Shown here: positions 30,818-40,800 of the stretch, piece by piece
Position numbering within the stretch: the first letter of the stretch is position 1
How the letters are laid out: each line of letters begins with the position of its first letter
NCBI GenBank assembly: GCA_048594885.1
Contig: JBMDXB010000013.1
Span: forward strand, 24,115-88,114
Direction of reading: 5' to 3'
DNA from: Vicinamibacterales bacterium
Lineage (GTDB): Bacteria; Acidobacteriota; Vicinamibacteria; Vicinamibacterales; 2-12-FULL-66-21
DNA: 64,000 bases
Made by a program: the position numbers and the translations under genes
The notes under the pieces: model-generated
What the model saw: only the letters and a program-made list of their open reading frames with translations
Told to the model about the DNA's origin: nothing
The model's database searches: none

Positions 30818-32993
30818 ACTCTACGATCGTAAAGAACGCGGTGCGGAGCTGTTCCTCGCCGGCCGTCTTCAGGCGGAGCCTCAGCTCGTACGTGCCGGCC
30901 GGAAACTTGTCGATGGGCAGCTTCGCCATGTGCTGCATGCGTCCGCCGGACGAGGCGGCGGGTAGATCGAGCGGCACCGAACCGAGCGTGCGGCCGCCGT
31001 GCAGGATGTCGAGCGTCGCTGCCGGCGGCTCCCCTGGTTGTGCGTAGAACGCAAAGTAGAACGTCAGCTCGCTGTCCCACCCTCGTTGCAGCGGCTGGCC
31101 GGCGTTCGGATAGAGCAGCAGCTCGCCGTACTGGAAGGGGAGGCCGGGAGTCCGGTCCGCCTGCGCCACCTTCTCGATCTGCCGGACCACCACGAGCGTG
31201 CTCGCCAGGTTGTGCCCGCCGGAGCTTGAGGGCACGGTCAGCGTCGAGAGCCGGGCGCTGGCGCTGTTGCCGATCGCGTCGTGAACGATCACTTCGAGGG
31301 CGTAGACGCCCGGCGGAAGGTCCGGCTGCCGGTAGAACAGGATTTCGCCAGCGCGCGCGGCATCGACCTCGGTCGCGGCGCCGGTGAGGATGTACTGCTG
31401 GCTCAGCGTGCGCACTGGCTGGCCGGCCGCGTTCTTGATTCGTGCGACGATGGCCGCCTGCGCGGCATATGTGCCGCGCTGCTCGTCCACCTGAAAGCGC
31501 AGATCGCGCGTCTTCACCTGGGCGACGATCGGCACCGCCGCCTGGCCCTTCGGCTGTGGGAACACGAAGCCGGTCGCGCTCAGCGGGAAGGCATTCGGCA
31601 ACGTGCGGCTCTCGAGCGCGGCGATCGCCGCGGCCTCGTAGCTCGCGCCCGCCAGCGCCGCCCGCCGCACGGCCAGGTAGCCTTTGCGGGCGAACACCTG
31701 CGTCCCCTCTCGCTTGACCTTCACCTGAATCGTCCGGAACTTGCCGTCGAAGTTCGTATTCGAAGGTGAGTACGTGAGCATGTAGTGGAAGCGGTTGTCT
31801 TCGTCGATGCGGCGGAACGCCGAGCCGAGGTCGTTGGTGTCGCGGATCAGGAACCCGCCCGTGTCTTCGGCGAGGCGTGCCAGGCCGCCGTGCGGATCCA
31901 GGCGGATGAGATCTTCCGTCCGCTCGACCAGGCGCGTCAGCGGACCGTTCGACGGATCGCGGCTGACGCCGGTCTGACGAAGGCGTTCCTGGCCGGCCGC
32001 GTCCACTTCCCTGCGCGTCTCCGTCAACGCGCTCTCGGCGCGCAATCCGGCGGCATCGATGGTGTAAACGCTCACGTTCGCGCGGTTGGCGACGCTCACG
32101 AGCGCATCGAGCCGCGCCTGCATGGCCGGAGACGCGGGCATTCCCTCGGAGAGGTACACGAGCGTCTTCCGCCCGGGCATGACGCCGAGCGACTGAACGA
32201 TCGTCAAGAGCGCGTCGGCGCTGCCAAACCCGCGCTGATCGCGGTCGAGCGACTCGAACGTGCGCAGCATGCGCATCTCGAGCTCCGTCAACTGCTGCTC
32301 GACCAGCGCCTGCGCCGCCGTCAGATTGCCCCCTTCCCCCCTGAACGCGAGCGAGTCCCTGCCGATACCGAGCGCGTCGAGCGAGACGAGCCGCTCGTTC
32401 AGCGCCTGCCGGCGATCGGCCTCCGCCTCCTGCTTCGACGAGCCGGCCGGCGTTACGGTGTGCACGGCCCGTCGCGCGAGCGACAGATCGTCCGTGTACG
32501 CCTGCAGCACGCGCAGTCCGGGATCGGTGGCGAACACGCCAATCCGTCCGGCGCTCTCGCCGCTCATCGGCAGGTACGCCAGCGCGGCCTTCTGCGCGAG
32601 CGCGAGTGGCTCCGGGCGCAGCGCGTCGAAGACGATCGCCACGGTTGGAGCATCCTGCGAGGCTGAGGGCGCGGCCGCGTCCGCGCTGCCCTTCGCTGAA
32701 GCCGGCGGCGACGTGCCCACCCGTCGGCCGACTTTGACGCCGATGCCGCTGCCCCGCTCGACCACGCTGAACGAGCCGAGCCGCTGCGGCACGTGGTCTT
32801 CGAGAATCTCGAAGTCGTTCGCCGTGAGGTCCAGTACAGGATGTCCGCGCTTGTCGCGCACGACGACATCCACGAGGATGGCCGTCACGCCGGCAGAGTA
32901 GGACTCCGTCTGCGGCGAGCGGGGCGCGCGTTGTGCCGCCAGTACGCCGTCGAACGCTATCGCGAGGACGAGAAACGCGGCGTGGAATTTCAT
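30816..32993 (-). CDS. VWFA-related Acidobacterial domain protein (TIGR03436-like) with long C-terminal extension
   Basis: Start at the ATG at 32993: 'MKFHAAFLVLAIAFDGVLAAQ' signal. 'AILVDVVVRDKRGHPVLDLTANDFEILEDHVPQ'. 'GKFRTIQVKVKREGTQVFARKGY'. C-terminal half collinear with the 33163-35346 product. Confidence 0.85.
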   Translation of the reverse strand: MKFHAAFLVLAIAFDGVLAAQRAPRSPQTESYSAGVTAILVDVVVRDKRGHPVLDLTANDFEILEDHVPQRLGSFSVVERGSGIGVKVGRRVGTSPPASAKGSADAAAPSASQDAPTVAIVFDALRPEPLALAQKAALAYLPMSGESAGRIGVFATDPGLRVLQAYTDDLSLARRAVHTVTPAGSSKQEAEADRRQALNERLVSLDALGIGRDSLAFRGEGGNLTAAQALVEQQLTELEMRMLRTFESLDRDQRGFGSADALLTIVQSLGVMPGRKTLVYLSEGMPASPAMQARLDALVSVANRANVSVYTIDAAGLRAESALTETRREVDAAGQERLRQTGVSRDPSNGPLTRLVERTEDLIRLDPHGGLARLAEDTGGFLIRDTNDLGSAFRRIDEDNRFHYMLTYSPSNTNFDGKFRTIQVKVKREGTQVFARKGYLAVRRAALAGASYEAAAIAALESRTLPNAFPLSATGFVFPQPKGQAAVPIVAQVKTRDLRFQVDEQRGTYAAQAAIVARIKNAAGQPVRTLSQQYILTGAATEVDAARAGEILFYRQPDLPPGVYALEVIVHDAIGNSASARLSTLTVPSSSGGHNLASTLVVVRQIEKVAQADRTPGLPFQYGELLLYPNAGQPLQRGWDSELTFYFAFYAQPGEPPAATLDILHGGRTLGSVPLDLPAASSGGRMQHMAKLPIDKFPAGTYELRLRLKTAGEEQLRTAFFTIVE

Positions 32994-33162
32994 TGCTGAT
33001 CCCTCAGCCGAAGAACGCGTGACTCGACGAGGCCACGTGCCGACGGCCTCAACGCGACGCCGCGACGACACGACGGCGCGCCGAAACAGACGTTACATTA
33101 TGACGTCGCCTCGTCGTGACGTCGTGTCGTCGTGCAGGGACCGTCGGTCCGTCTCAGGACCG

Positions 33163-35346
33163 TCAATCGACGAGCCTGAGCATCGTCGAGCGCACGATCT
33201 GCTGCGACCCCTGCGTGATGACGACGCGCAGTTCATAAGTGCCCGCGGGCAGCGCCGCGACGGGCAGGCGGCTCACGTGCTGGATCCGGCCGGCGTTGTC
33301 CGCGTCGGCAAGCGGCAGCGCAAGCTTCGCCAGCGCCGCCCCGTTTTGCAGGACGTTCAGCGTCGCCTGTGGTTTCGATCCCTTGCCGGGATACACCGTC
33401 AGGAAGAACCCGATCTCCTGCGTCGCGTCCTTGCGCACCGGCTCGCCGAGATTCGGGTAGAGCAGCATGTCGCCGACGAGGAACGGATTGCCGGCGGGCC
33501 GATCCGCCGCCGCCACGCGCTCCCCGCTGCCGACGAGCACCAGCGTGCTCGCGCGAAGTGCATTCGCGGCGCCCGGGCGCTGATCGAGCGTGCCGAACCT
33601 CACGCTCGCCCGTTCGCCGAGCGCGTCGTGGACGATCGCTTCCATCCTGTACACGCCGGGCGCGAAGTCGCGCTCGCGGTAGAAGAGCACGTTGCCCTGC
33701 TTGACGGAATCGAGCCGTTCCGCCGGTCCGGTGAGCACGTAGTTCTGGCTCATCTTGTCGATGACGTCGTCGTTTTCGGTGCGGAACCGGACCAGGACGG
33801 TGAATTCCGCGCGGTACGACGTGCCGTCCTCGGTGGTGCGGAACGTCAGCGCGGAGGCCGGCACCGAGACGAGGACCGGGGTCAGGCCGAGGTGGCCGGT
33901 CTCCGGGAACGTCATCGTCGCCGCCCGGATCGGAAGGGCGTTCGGCACCGGCTTCGATTCGAGCAGCGCGAGAGCCGGCGCCTCGAACGACATCAACGGC
34001 ATCGGTCCGGCGGTGCGCACCGCGTAGTAGCCCTTGCGGGCCGCCACCTCGACGCCGGGCCGTGTCACTTTCACCGCGATCGTGCGGAACTTACCGTCGA
34101 AGGTGTCGTTCTTCGGCACGTACGACAGCATGTAGTAGTTCCGCATGTCCTGATCGACCCGCCTGAAGCCGCCGGTGAGATCGTTCGTGTTGCGGATCAG
34201 GATGCCACCCGTCTGATCGGTGAGCTGGCCGAGGACAACGTGCGGATCGTTCCGTGCCATTTCGTTGGCGCGTTCGAGATCCTGAGTCATGGCGCTCCCC
34301 ATCACGTCGGCCGTCGGGTTGCGCCGCAGCATCCGGTTCGCGGCCTCGTTGATCGCATCGCGCGTTTCCGTGCTCGTGCTCTCCGTCCGCAGGCCGGCGG
34401 CGTCCATCGCGTAAATGCTCACGTTGGCGCGATTCGCCGTGTCGATGAGCGAGCGGAACCGTTCACCGGCATTCGCCGCCGTGCCAAAGCCCTCCGAAAA
34501 GACGACCATGGACTTGCGGCCGGGAATCGCGCGCATGCCGTTGACGACGGCGAGCAGGGCGTTTGCCGTCGAGAGACCCTGGTGTTCGCGTTCGAGCGCC
34601 TCGAACGTCGCGAGCGTGCGCTGCTGCATCTCGGCGGCGATCGCGTCCGCTGCGCTGGCTCCGGCGCCCTGCTGTGCCGCCTGCGCGGCGGCCTGTCCGC
34701 CTGCCTGCAGCACGCCGAGCGCGCTTGCCGCGCCAGCCGCCTGTTGTCCGGCCTCGCGCGCACGCGCCCCCTGTGACTCCGCCTGCGGCCCGGTCCGCGT
34801 CCCTACGGTCTCGATCGCCTTCCGAAGCCGCGACACGTCGCGTGTGTAGTTCTGATGCGTCACCAGCGACAGGTCGATCCCGAACACGCCGACGAGCGCC
34901 TGGTTTTCGTTGTCGCGACTCACGTACGCCAGCGCCGCTTTGTGCGCGATCGCGCGCGCCTCGGGCGAGAGCCTGTCGAACACCAGGGCGACGACGGGCT
35001 GAGGCGGAGTCGCGGTTGCCGACGCTGCTGCCGGTTCGGCGGGTCGCGGTATGACGCCGGCCGCCGGGGCCGGCTGCGAAGAAGCCGTGCCGGCTGGGGT
35101 GAAGAGCGTCAGCGAGCCGAGCTCCTGGCGTACGCCGTCTTCGTAGATCTCGAATTCAGCGGCGGTCAGATCGGTGACCGGCTGGCCGCGCTTGTCGCGG
35201 ACAACGACGTCCACGAGCACGGCGGTCGCGTGAGACTGGACGGCGCGATCGGCGCGGACAGGCGGCGTCTGCGGTGCCTGCGCGGCAGGCGTCGCGGCGA
35301 TGGCCGCGACGCAGAGCACCAAGGAAAGCGGTCTGACGAGCATCAT
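33163..35346 (-). CDS. VWFA-related Acidobacterial domain protein (TIGR03436-like), paralog
   Basis: 'MMLVRPLSLVLCVAAIAATPAAQA' signal. 'AVLVDVVVRDKRGQPVTDLTAAEFEIYEDGVRQ'. 'GKFRTIAVKVTRPGVEVAARKGY'. Start is ATG 35346/35343; the ORF-track TTG at 35361 is possible. Confidence 0.85.
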   Translation of the reverse strand: MMLVRPLSLVLCVAAIAATPAAQAPQTPPVRADRAVQSHATAVLVDVVVRDKRGQPVTDLTAAEFEIYEDGVRQELGSLTLFTPAGTASSQPAPAAGVIPRPAEPAAASATATPPQPVVALVFDRLSPEARAIAHKAALAYVSRDNENQALVGVFGIDLSLVTHQNYTRDVSRLRKAIETVGTRTGPQAESQGARAREAGQQAAGAASALGVLQAGGQAAAQAAQQGAGASAADAIAAEMQQRTLATFEALEREHQGLSTANALLAVVNGMRAIPGRKSMVVFSEGFGTAANAGERFRSLIDTANRANVSIYAMDAAGLRTESTSTETRDAINEAANRMLRRNPTADVMGSAMTQDLERANEMARNDPHVVLGQLTDQTGGILIRNTNDLTGGFRRVDQDMRNYYMLSYVPKNDTFDGKFRTIAVKVTRPGVEVAARKGYYAVRTAGPMPLMSFEAPALALLESKPVPNALPIRAATMTFPETGHLGLTPVLVSVPASALTFRTTEDGTSYRAEFTVLVRFRTENDDVIDKMSQNYVLTGPAERLDSVKQGNVLFYRERDFAPGVYRMEAIVHDALGERASVRFGTLDQRPGAANALRASTLVLVGSGERVAAADRPAGNPFLVGDMLLYPNLGEPVRKDATQEIGFFLTVYPGKGSKPQATLNVLQNGAALAKLALPLADADNAGRIQHVSRLPVAALPAGTYELRVVITQGSQQIVRSTMLRLVD

Positions 35347-35361
35347 CGCTCCGTTTCGCAA

Positions 35362-36573
35362 TCAGCGGATTCGCTCGGCAATGCCGCCGAGCGCCTGCGA
35401 GCCGTGCTTGCCGGCGCGTACGAGGCGTTCGAGGCGCAGGAACTCGGTCCGCTCCCGCTCCGCGTCCGCCTTCCGCCCGGCGCGCTGGTACGCGCGCGAC
35501 AACACGAACCGCATCGACGGGCTGTCGGGTGCGAGCTTCACGCCGGTCTCCAGGTGTTCGATCGATCCGGGAACATCGCCCGACTCCAGCAGCGCCTGGC
35601 CGATGGCGCGCCGCGCGGCGAAGTCACCGGGATCGATCTCGACGACCCGCTGCGCCCAGGTCTTTGCGGCCTCCCAGTCCGACTGATGGAGGTATTCGAA
35701 CGCGATCTGCAGCAGCGACGGCACGTGGCCGGGCGACGTCTCGAGCTCCCGCTTGAACGCCTCGATCGCGCGGGCGGGATCCTCATCGAGCAGGTACACG
35801 CCGTAGCCGTAGTGCACGTTCGGCGAGTCCGGATACCGCTGCACCAGCAGCTCGAATGCAGGCTTGGCGGCCGCCGGCCGCCGCGCGGCGCGGTAGTAGG
35901 CGCCGCGGCCCGCCAGCATCACGATTTCGCGGCGCTGGGGCGGCAGCTCCGACGGCGTCATCGGGATGCGCAGCAGCGCCATACCGAACGCCTCGATGAC
36001 GCGGGGGCTGTCCGTGCCTTCCTTTGCGAAGTTCTGGAGCGTGGAGAGCGCGAACTCGTATTGCCCCAGACGCGTCATCGTGATGGCTGTGTGGTAGGTG
36101 ATCGACGCCACGAGGTCCGGTGGACCGGCGACGCCGAGGTCGCCGGCCTGGAGCAGATCCGACAGCGCCGTCTCGTAGTTCTTCAACTGAAACTCACACA
36201 GGCCCTTGAAGCCGTGCGCCGCCGCGTGCTTCGGCTGGAGCCGGACTACGCGCCCGAACGCGTCGCGGGCTTCTGCGTAGCGATCGAGCTCGTAGAACCC
36301 CGTCCCGATGTGCCAGTACCCTTCGACCCACGACGGCCGCAGGCGCACCGCTTCCTGGTACAGCGCGATCGCCTCTTCGATCTTGCGCGCGTCCCTGGCG
36401 GCTGCCGCCTCGCGGACGATCCGATCGAATTTCGGGTTGGCGGCGGCAGGCTTCTGCGCCGAAGCAGCCGGCTTCTTCGGAGTCGCGGCCGCCTGGCCGA
36501 ACACAGCCGGCGTCCCCGCCGCGAAGATCCACACGGCCAAGGGAACGCAACCGTACTGCCTCACCCGTTTCAT
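35362..36573 (-). CDS. Secreted TPR-repeat protein
   Basis: Start at the ATG at 36573: 'MKRVRQYGCVPLAVWIFAAGTPAVFGQ' signal. Successive 34-residue TPR-like units ('AIALYQEAVRLRPSWVEGYWHIGTGFYELDRY...'). Upstream ORF-track codons translate the heptamer array and are rejected. Confidence 0.8.
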   Translation of the reverse strand: MKRVRQYGCVPLAVWIFAAGTPAVFGQAAATPKKPAASAQKPAAANPKFDRIVREAAAARDARKIEEAIALYQEAVRLRPSWVEGYWHIGTGFYELDRYAEARDAFGRVVRLQPKHAAAHGFKGLCEFQLKNYETALSDLLQAGDLGVAGPPDLVASITYHTAITMTRLGQYEFALSTLQNFAKEGTDSPRVIEAFGMALLRIPMTPSELPPQRREIVMLAGRGAYYRAARRPAAAKPAFELLVQRYPDSPNVHYGYGVYLLDEDPARAIEAFKRELETSPGHVPSLLQIAFEYLHQSDWEAAKTWAQRVVEIDPGDFAARRAIGQALLESGDVPGSIEHLETGVKLAPDSPSMRFVLSRAYQRAGRKADAERERTEFLRLERLVRAGKHGSQALGGIAERIR

Positions 36574-36579
36574 AACTTC

Positions 36580-36634
36580 TGCACCCTGCACCCTGCACCC
36601 TGCACCCTGCACCCTGCACCTGCACCCGGCACCG
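36580..36634. repeat. Direct heptamer array (TGCACCC)x5 + 3 degenerate units filling the gap between two TPR genes
   Basis: tgcaccc x5, tgcacc, tgcaccc, ggcaccg. On the coding (minus) strand the unit is GGGTGCA. The gap between the stop at 36636 and the start at 36573 is 62 nt. Confidence 0.9.
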
Positions 36635-36635
36635 C

Positions 36636-37727
36636 CTACGGCCGCCGCTTCTCCCGCAGCCGCTCGGCAATAGCTCGGTGCCGGTCTCCGTCGGCGGTTC
36701 GCTTCAGCCGGTAGTAGCACGTGGCGAGCAGCACGTGCGCTTCCGAATAGTCCGGCACCTCGCCGACGACGCTCTCCAGCAACTGCCGGGATTCCTCGAG
36801 CTCCCCGAGTGACAGCAACGCTCCGGCCAGGCCGAAGCGAGCCACCACGTCCTGCGGACGCAGTTGCACGGCGCGCCGGAAATACGTCACCGACTCCTGG
36901 TGGCGATCGTCGCGGCGGAGCAGGGCTGCGAGCTGCAGGTTGGCCTCGAAGTCGTTGGGGTTCGCGCTGAGCGCCCGGTGGAGCTCGCGGACGGCGCCGT
37001 CGTGCTCGCCGGCGCCGAGCAGCGCCCGGGCAAACACGGTGCGCAGCGTCGGCAGGTCCGGGTTGATCTCGAGCGCCTTCCGCACCTCGGCGACCGCGCC
37101 GGGATAGTCCCGCGTTTCGATCATCGCGGTGGCCATCAGCAGGTGTCCTTCGGCGGATGGGCCGGCCTTGAAGATGCGATCGAGGTAGATCTGCGCGCGA
37201 TCCCGCTGCCCGGCGCGCAGCAGGGCCGTCCCCAGCACGTATCCGAACCCGAGGTCCTCCGCGAACTGTTCCTCACGCGGGGCCAGCACGTCGATCGCCT
37301 GCTGAAACCTGCCGCTCTGCAGCAGCGCGTCACCGAGCAGCAGCACGGCTGCCTTGGTCTCGGGACTGCTCTTGACGACCGCCTCGAACGCAGCGATGGC
37401 GTCGTCGAGGCGCGCCGCCTTGTAATAGGCCAGCCCGAGATTGAATCGGAAGGTCGGATTGGCACCGTCCATCCGCAAGGCCTCGCGGTACTGCTCGATC
37501 GCCTCGTCGTACTTGCCGAGCCGCACGTACGCGGCGCCGAGGTTCGAGCGCACGCCCGGATGGTTCGGTTCCAGCTTCAACGCCGCCGAATAGGCGTCGA
37601 TGGCGCCGAGGATGTCGCCTGCCTTGTGGAGTTCGACGCCGCTGGCGACCAGCCGGTCGAACTCAGGTGCCGCCTCCTGCCACCCCGGGGCGGAGAACAG
37701 AAGGAGCGTTAGCAGGAGCGGAACCAT
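36636..37727 (-). CDS. TPR-repeat protein (secreted or membrane-anchored)
   Basis: Start taken at the ATG at 37727 ('MVPLLLTLLLFSAPGWQ'). Canonical TPR units ('AIDAYSAALKLEPNHPGVRSNLGAAYVRLGKYDEAIEQYREALRMD...'). A TTG at 37796 is an alternative start. Confidence 0.8.
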   Translation of the reverse strand: MVPLLLTLLLFSAPGWQEAAPEFDRLVASGVELHKAGDILGAIDAYSAALKLEPNHPGVRSNLGAAYVRLGKYDEAIEQYREALRMDGANPTFRFNLGLAYYKAARLDDAIAAFEAVVKSSPETKAAVLLLGDALLQSGRFQQAIDVLAPREEQFAEDLGFGYVLGTALLRAGQRDRAQIYLDRIFKAGPSAEGHLLMATAMIETRDYPGAVAEVRKALEINPDLPTLRTVFARALLGAGEHDGAVRELHRALSANPNDFEANLQLAALLRRDDRHQESVTYFRRAVQLRPQDVVARFGLAGALLSLGELEESRQLLESVVGEVPDYSEAHVLLATCYYRLKRTADGDRHRAIAERLREKRRP

Positions 37728-37848
37728 TTCACGGATTCTAACAAAGCGGCGGGCGGTGCCGCCCGCCGTCGCCCAGAAGATGAAAGGGCCGGGCAAGCCC
37801 GGCCCCTACGCGCGGCGATCGACGACCGACGAAGGCTTGTAGCGTGTA

Positions 37849-37870
37849 GGGCCCGGGCGTGCCCGGGCCC
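37849..37870 (-). terminator. GC-rich perfect hairpin immediately after the TBDR stop
   Basis: gggcccgggc-gt-gcccgggccc, 10-bp perfect stem, 6 nt downstream of the stop at 37877. A sibling hairpin gggccgggc-aa-gcccggccc is at 37786-37805. No U-tract. Confidence 0.35.
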
Positions 37871-37876
37871 CGCAGA

Positions 37877-40800
37877 CTAGAAGTAGTACTTGAGAACGAA
37901 CTCGATGACGCGGCGACCCCTCTTCAGGTTGATCTTGCCGAAGTTGGCGAGCGTGTTTGCCGTGTACTGGAACCCGCCCGCGGGATCGCAGACGTTGTCC
38001 GCCACGCCACCGGCGCCGTTCGGGAGGCCGCTGACGGTGACGTTGCACGTCGCTTCGAGCACCAGGTCCACGTCCGCGGCCGACTGCGTCGTCGCCCAGG
38101 CCTGGTTGAACAGGTTGAAGAACCCGACGCGGAACTGCAGCTTCTGCTCGCTCGGAAGCTGGAAGTTCTTGAAGAGCGTCAGGTCGTGATTGATGCGCGT
38201 CGGCATCCGCAGGTTGTACTCGGGGACCAGCGAGCCGTTCTCGCCGAACGCCGGGATCTTGATGCAACCGATGTCGAGCACCTTCTCGCCGATGCCGGTG
38301 TTGCCGGTGCGCGGGTCGCACGAGTAGATCGGCACGAGCCCACCGCGGTCGCCGCCGCCCGGGCCCGGGTTGCCGATGATGTCGGGCGTACCGAAGAGGG
38401 CCTGCGTGATGCCGTCGCCGCCCGCCTGGCCGCTGAAGCCGAGGAAGATCGGGACGCCGCTGGCCAGCGTCGAGATCCCGGAGAGCTGCCAACCGTTGAG
38501 CAGTCCGCGTCCGAATGGATTGTTCATCGCGCCCTTGGCGCCGTCCGGCAGGAACGCGTTCCACGAGACGTTGAGGATGTGCGTCCTGTCCGACGGCAGC
38601 ACGCCGTAGGTGCGCGACGGGTCGAAGGGATCGATGTTGCCGTACTCGCCGTTCCCGGAGTTCGTGCCGCGGTTGCGGCCGAGCGTGTACGCGGCGAAGT
38701 ACTGCAGCCGGCGTCCCGTCTGGCGGCTGAGGGTCACCTGCAGCGAATCGTAGTCGGACTCCCCCTCGAAGCTCCAATCGGTCACCGACGGGTACGCCTG
38801 GAACGGCCTGAGCTGATTGAGCACCGAGGAATCGAGGGCCACGCGGTTGATCGGAACCGAGAGGTCGATGCCGTTGAGCGTGCCGCTGAGCAGCGCGCCG
38901 AGCGGGACGACGTTCAATTGCCGGCGGCTCACCAGGTCGCGGCCTCTCGTGCCGACGTAGGCGCCCTCAATCACCTGGTTGAAGAAGATGCGCCGCGCGT
39001 ACGACGCGCTGAAGCTGTACGTCTTCGGCCACTTGCTGGAGTCGGGATTCAGCGTGTTGAGTCCGAGCGTGCTGACCCGTGTCGTCCAATCGAGCTCCCT
39101 GATGGTGTCGTAGGTCAGGCCGACTCCGCCGCCGAGATTCGAGCCCGCACTGGAGTTGATGTTGACCTGATACGACGTCGGCGGGATGCGCAGGTAGGCA
39201 TATTCGAGGTTGCCCATGTTCCGGTTGTAGAAGATGCCGAACCCGCCGCGGACGACGTTGTTGCTGTTCTTCGTGATGTCCCAGGCCACGTTGACGCGCG
39301 GCATCGCGAACGGCGACCTGTTGTCCACGCCGCCGAGCGGCGCCTGGCCTCGCGTGGCGTATCGCCAGCCGTTCAGTTGTTCGAACGTGCCCGGATCGAG
39401 GAACGTCGGCTGACGCGGGTCGTAGAAGGTCGGGTCGAAGTAGCCACCGAACTTGTTGAGCTCCGCGTTGTTCGTCCAGTATCCGGCGCGGACGCCGTAC
39501 TCCAGCGTGAAGTTCGGCCGCAGCTTCCAGCTGTCCTGCGCGAAGGCGTCGAAATTCCAGTATCGCCACTCGCCGCGCGGGATCGCCGTGCCCTGGCGGT
39601 AGAGGGACAGGCGCCCGGTCAGGAGATCCGACAGGGCATTGCCGGTGCCGCCGGTGGCCCACGGATCGAACTCCATGTAGCCCATTTCGTCGTTCTCGAA
39701 GTTCTGCTGCTTCTGCCCGCGCTCCGCGGTGAACCCGAACTTGAGGCCGTGCGAGCCGGCGAGCTTGGTCAGCTTGTCGGAGAACTGCAGCGCATCGTTA
39801 TACGCGTAGACGTCCATCGCCGGCGCCCACAGATTGCCCGGGCCGCCCTGACCCCATCCCGACGTGATGATGTTCAGCGGCAGGTACGGGCTCTGATTCG
39901 GGAAGAAGCCCTGGTTGTACGCGCCGAGCTCCGGATACGAGTCGATGCGGACCTTCGATGGATCGCGCCAGAAGTTGTCCAGCGTCAGCCGGCTCCAGCT
40001 CACCAGCACCTCGTTGGTCATCGTCGGGCTCAGCACGCTGACGATGTTGCCGGAGACCGAGCGGCCCTTGTTGTCGCCGTAGGTCGGGGTGGGCAGCGCC
40101 ACGTCCGAGGACGCCCACCAGATGCCGCGAGCGCTCTCCGCGTTCTCGCCTTCGATTGCCGTGCGGACGTATGCGCGCGTGTTGTTGGTGAGGTTGTAGT
40201 CGATGCGGAACTTCAGGTCGTGGCGGTTCGTCGGCTGCAGCTGGTTGAAGACGTAGTTGTACCGGTTGTTCTCCGTCACGAGGTTCGGTGACGGGTACAT
40301 GCTCGCCAGCACGCGGCCGAGCGGGTGCATGTAGGGTGCGAAGTTGTTGTTCGGCGCCGGCTGGCCGGCGTTCGGGAATCCCCGCGGAATGACGAGCTGC
40401 GCGCAGCCCATGTTCAGGCTCTGCCCGACGCAGTTGCCCGGCAGCAGCTCGCTCAGGTCGCCGGCCCTCATTTTGTCGGTGAGCGTTGTGCTGAGGAACG
40501 AGCCCGGATCGACCTTCTGCCGCTGGATCTCGAGACCCAGGAAGAAGAATGCCTTGTCGCGGTTCTTGTTCCACTCCAGACCCGGAATCAGAATCGGACC
40601 GCCGATGTTGCCGCCCGGATAGTTGAACGTGCTCTTCGGCTTCGGCGTGCCGGTGATGCTGTTCGATCGGTCGTTGGCGCCGAACCGGTGGTCGCGCCAG
40701 TAGTCGTAGATCGTGCCGCTGAACCGCGAGCTTCCGCCCTTCGTCACGGCGCTCACGTTCATGCCGCTGGATCCGTACTCGGCCGCGAAGTTCGAGCTCT

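Noticed and set aside
30613-31080. Full 155-aa ORF as an intact PIN toxin
   Set aside because: Residues 1-88 have no PIN N-terminal features and lie in an alternative frame of the intact VWFA C-terminus. Only the last approximately 67 residues are PIN-like.
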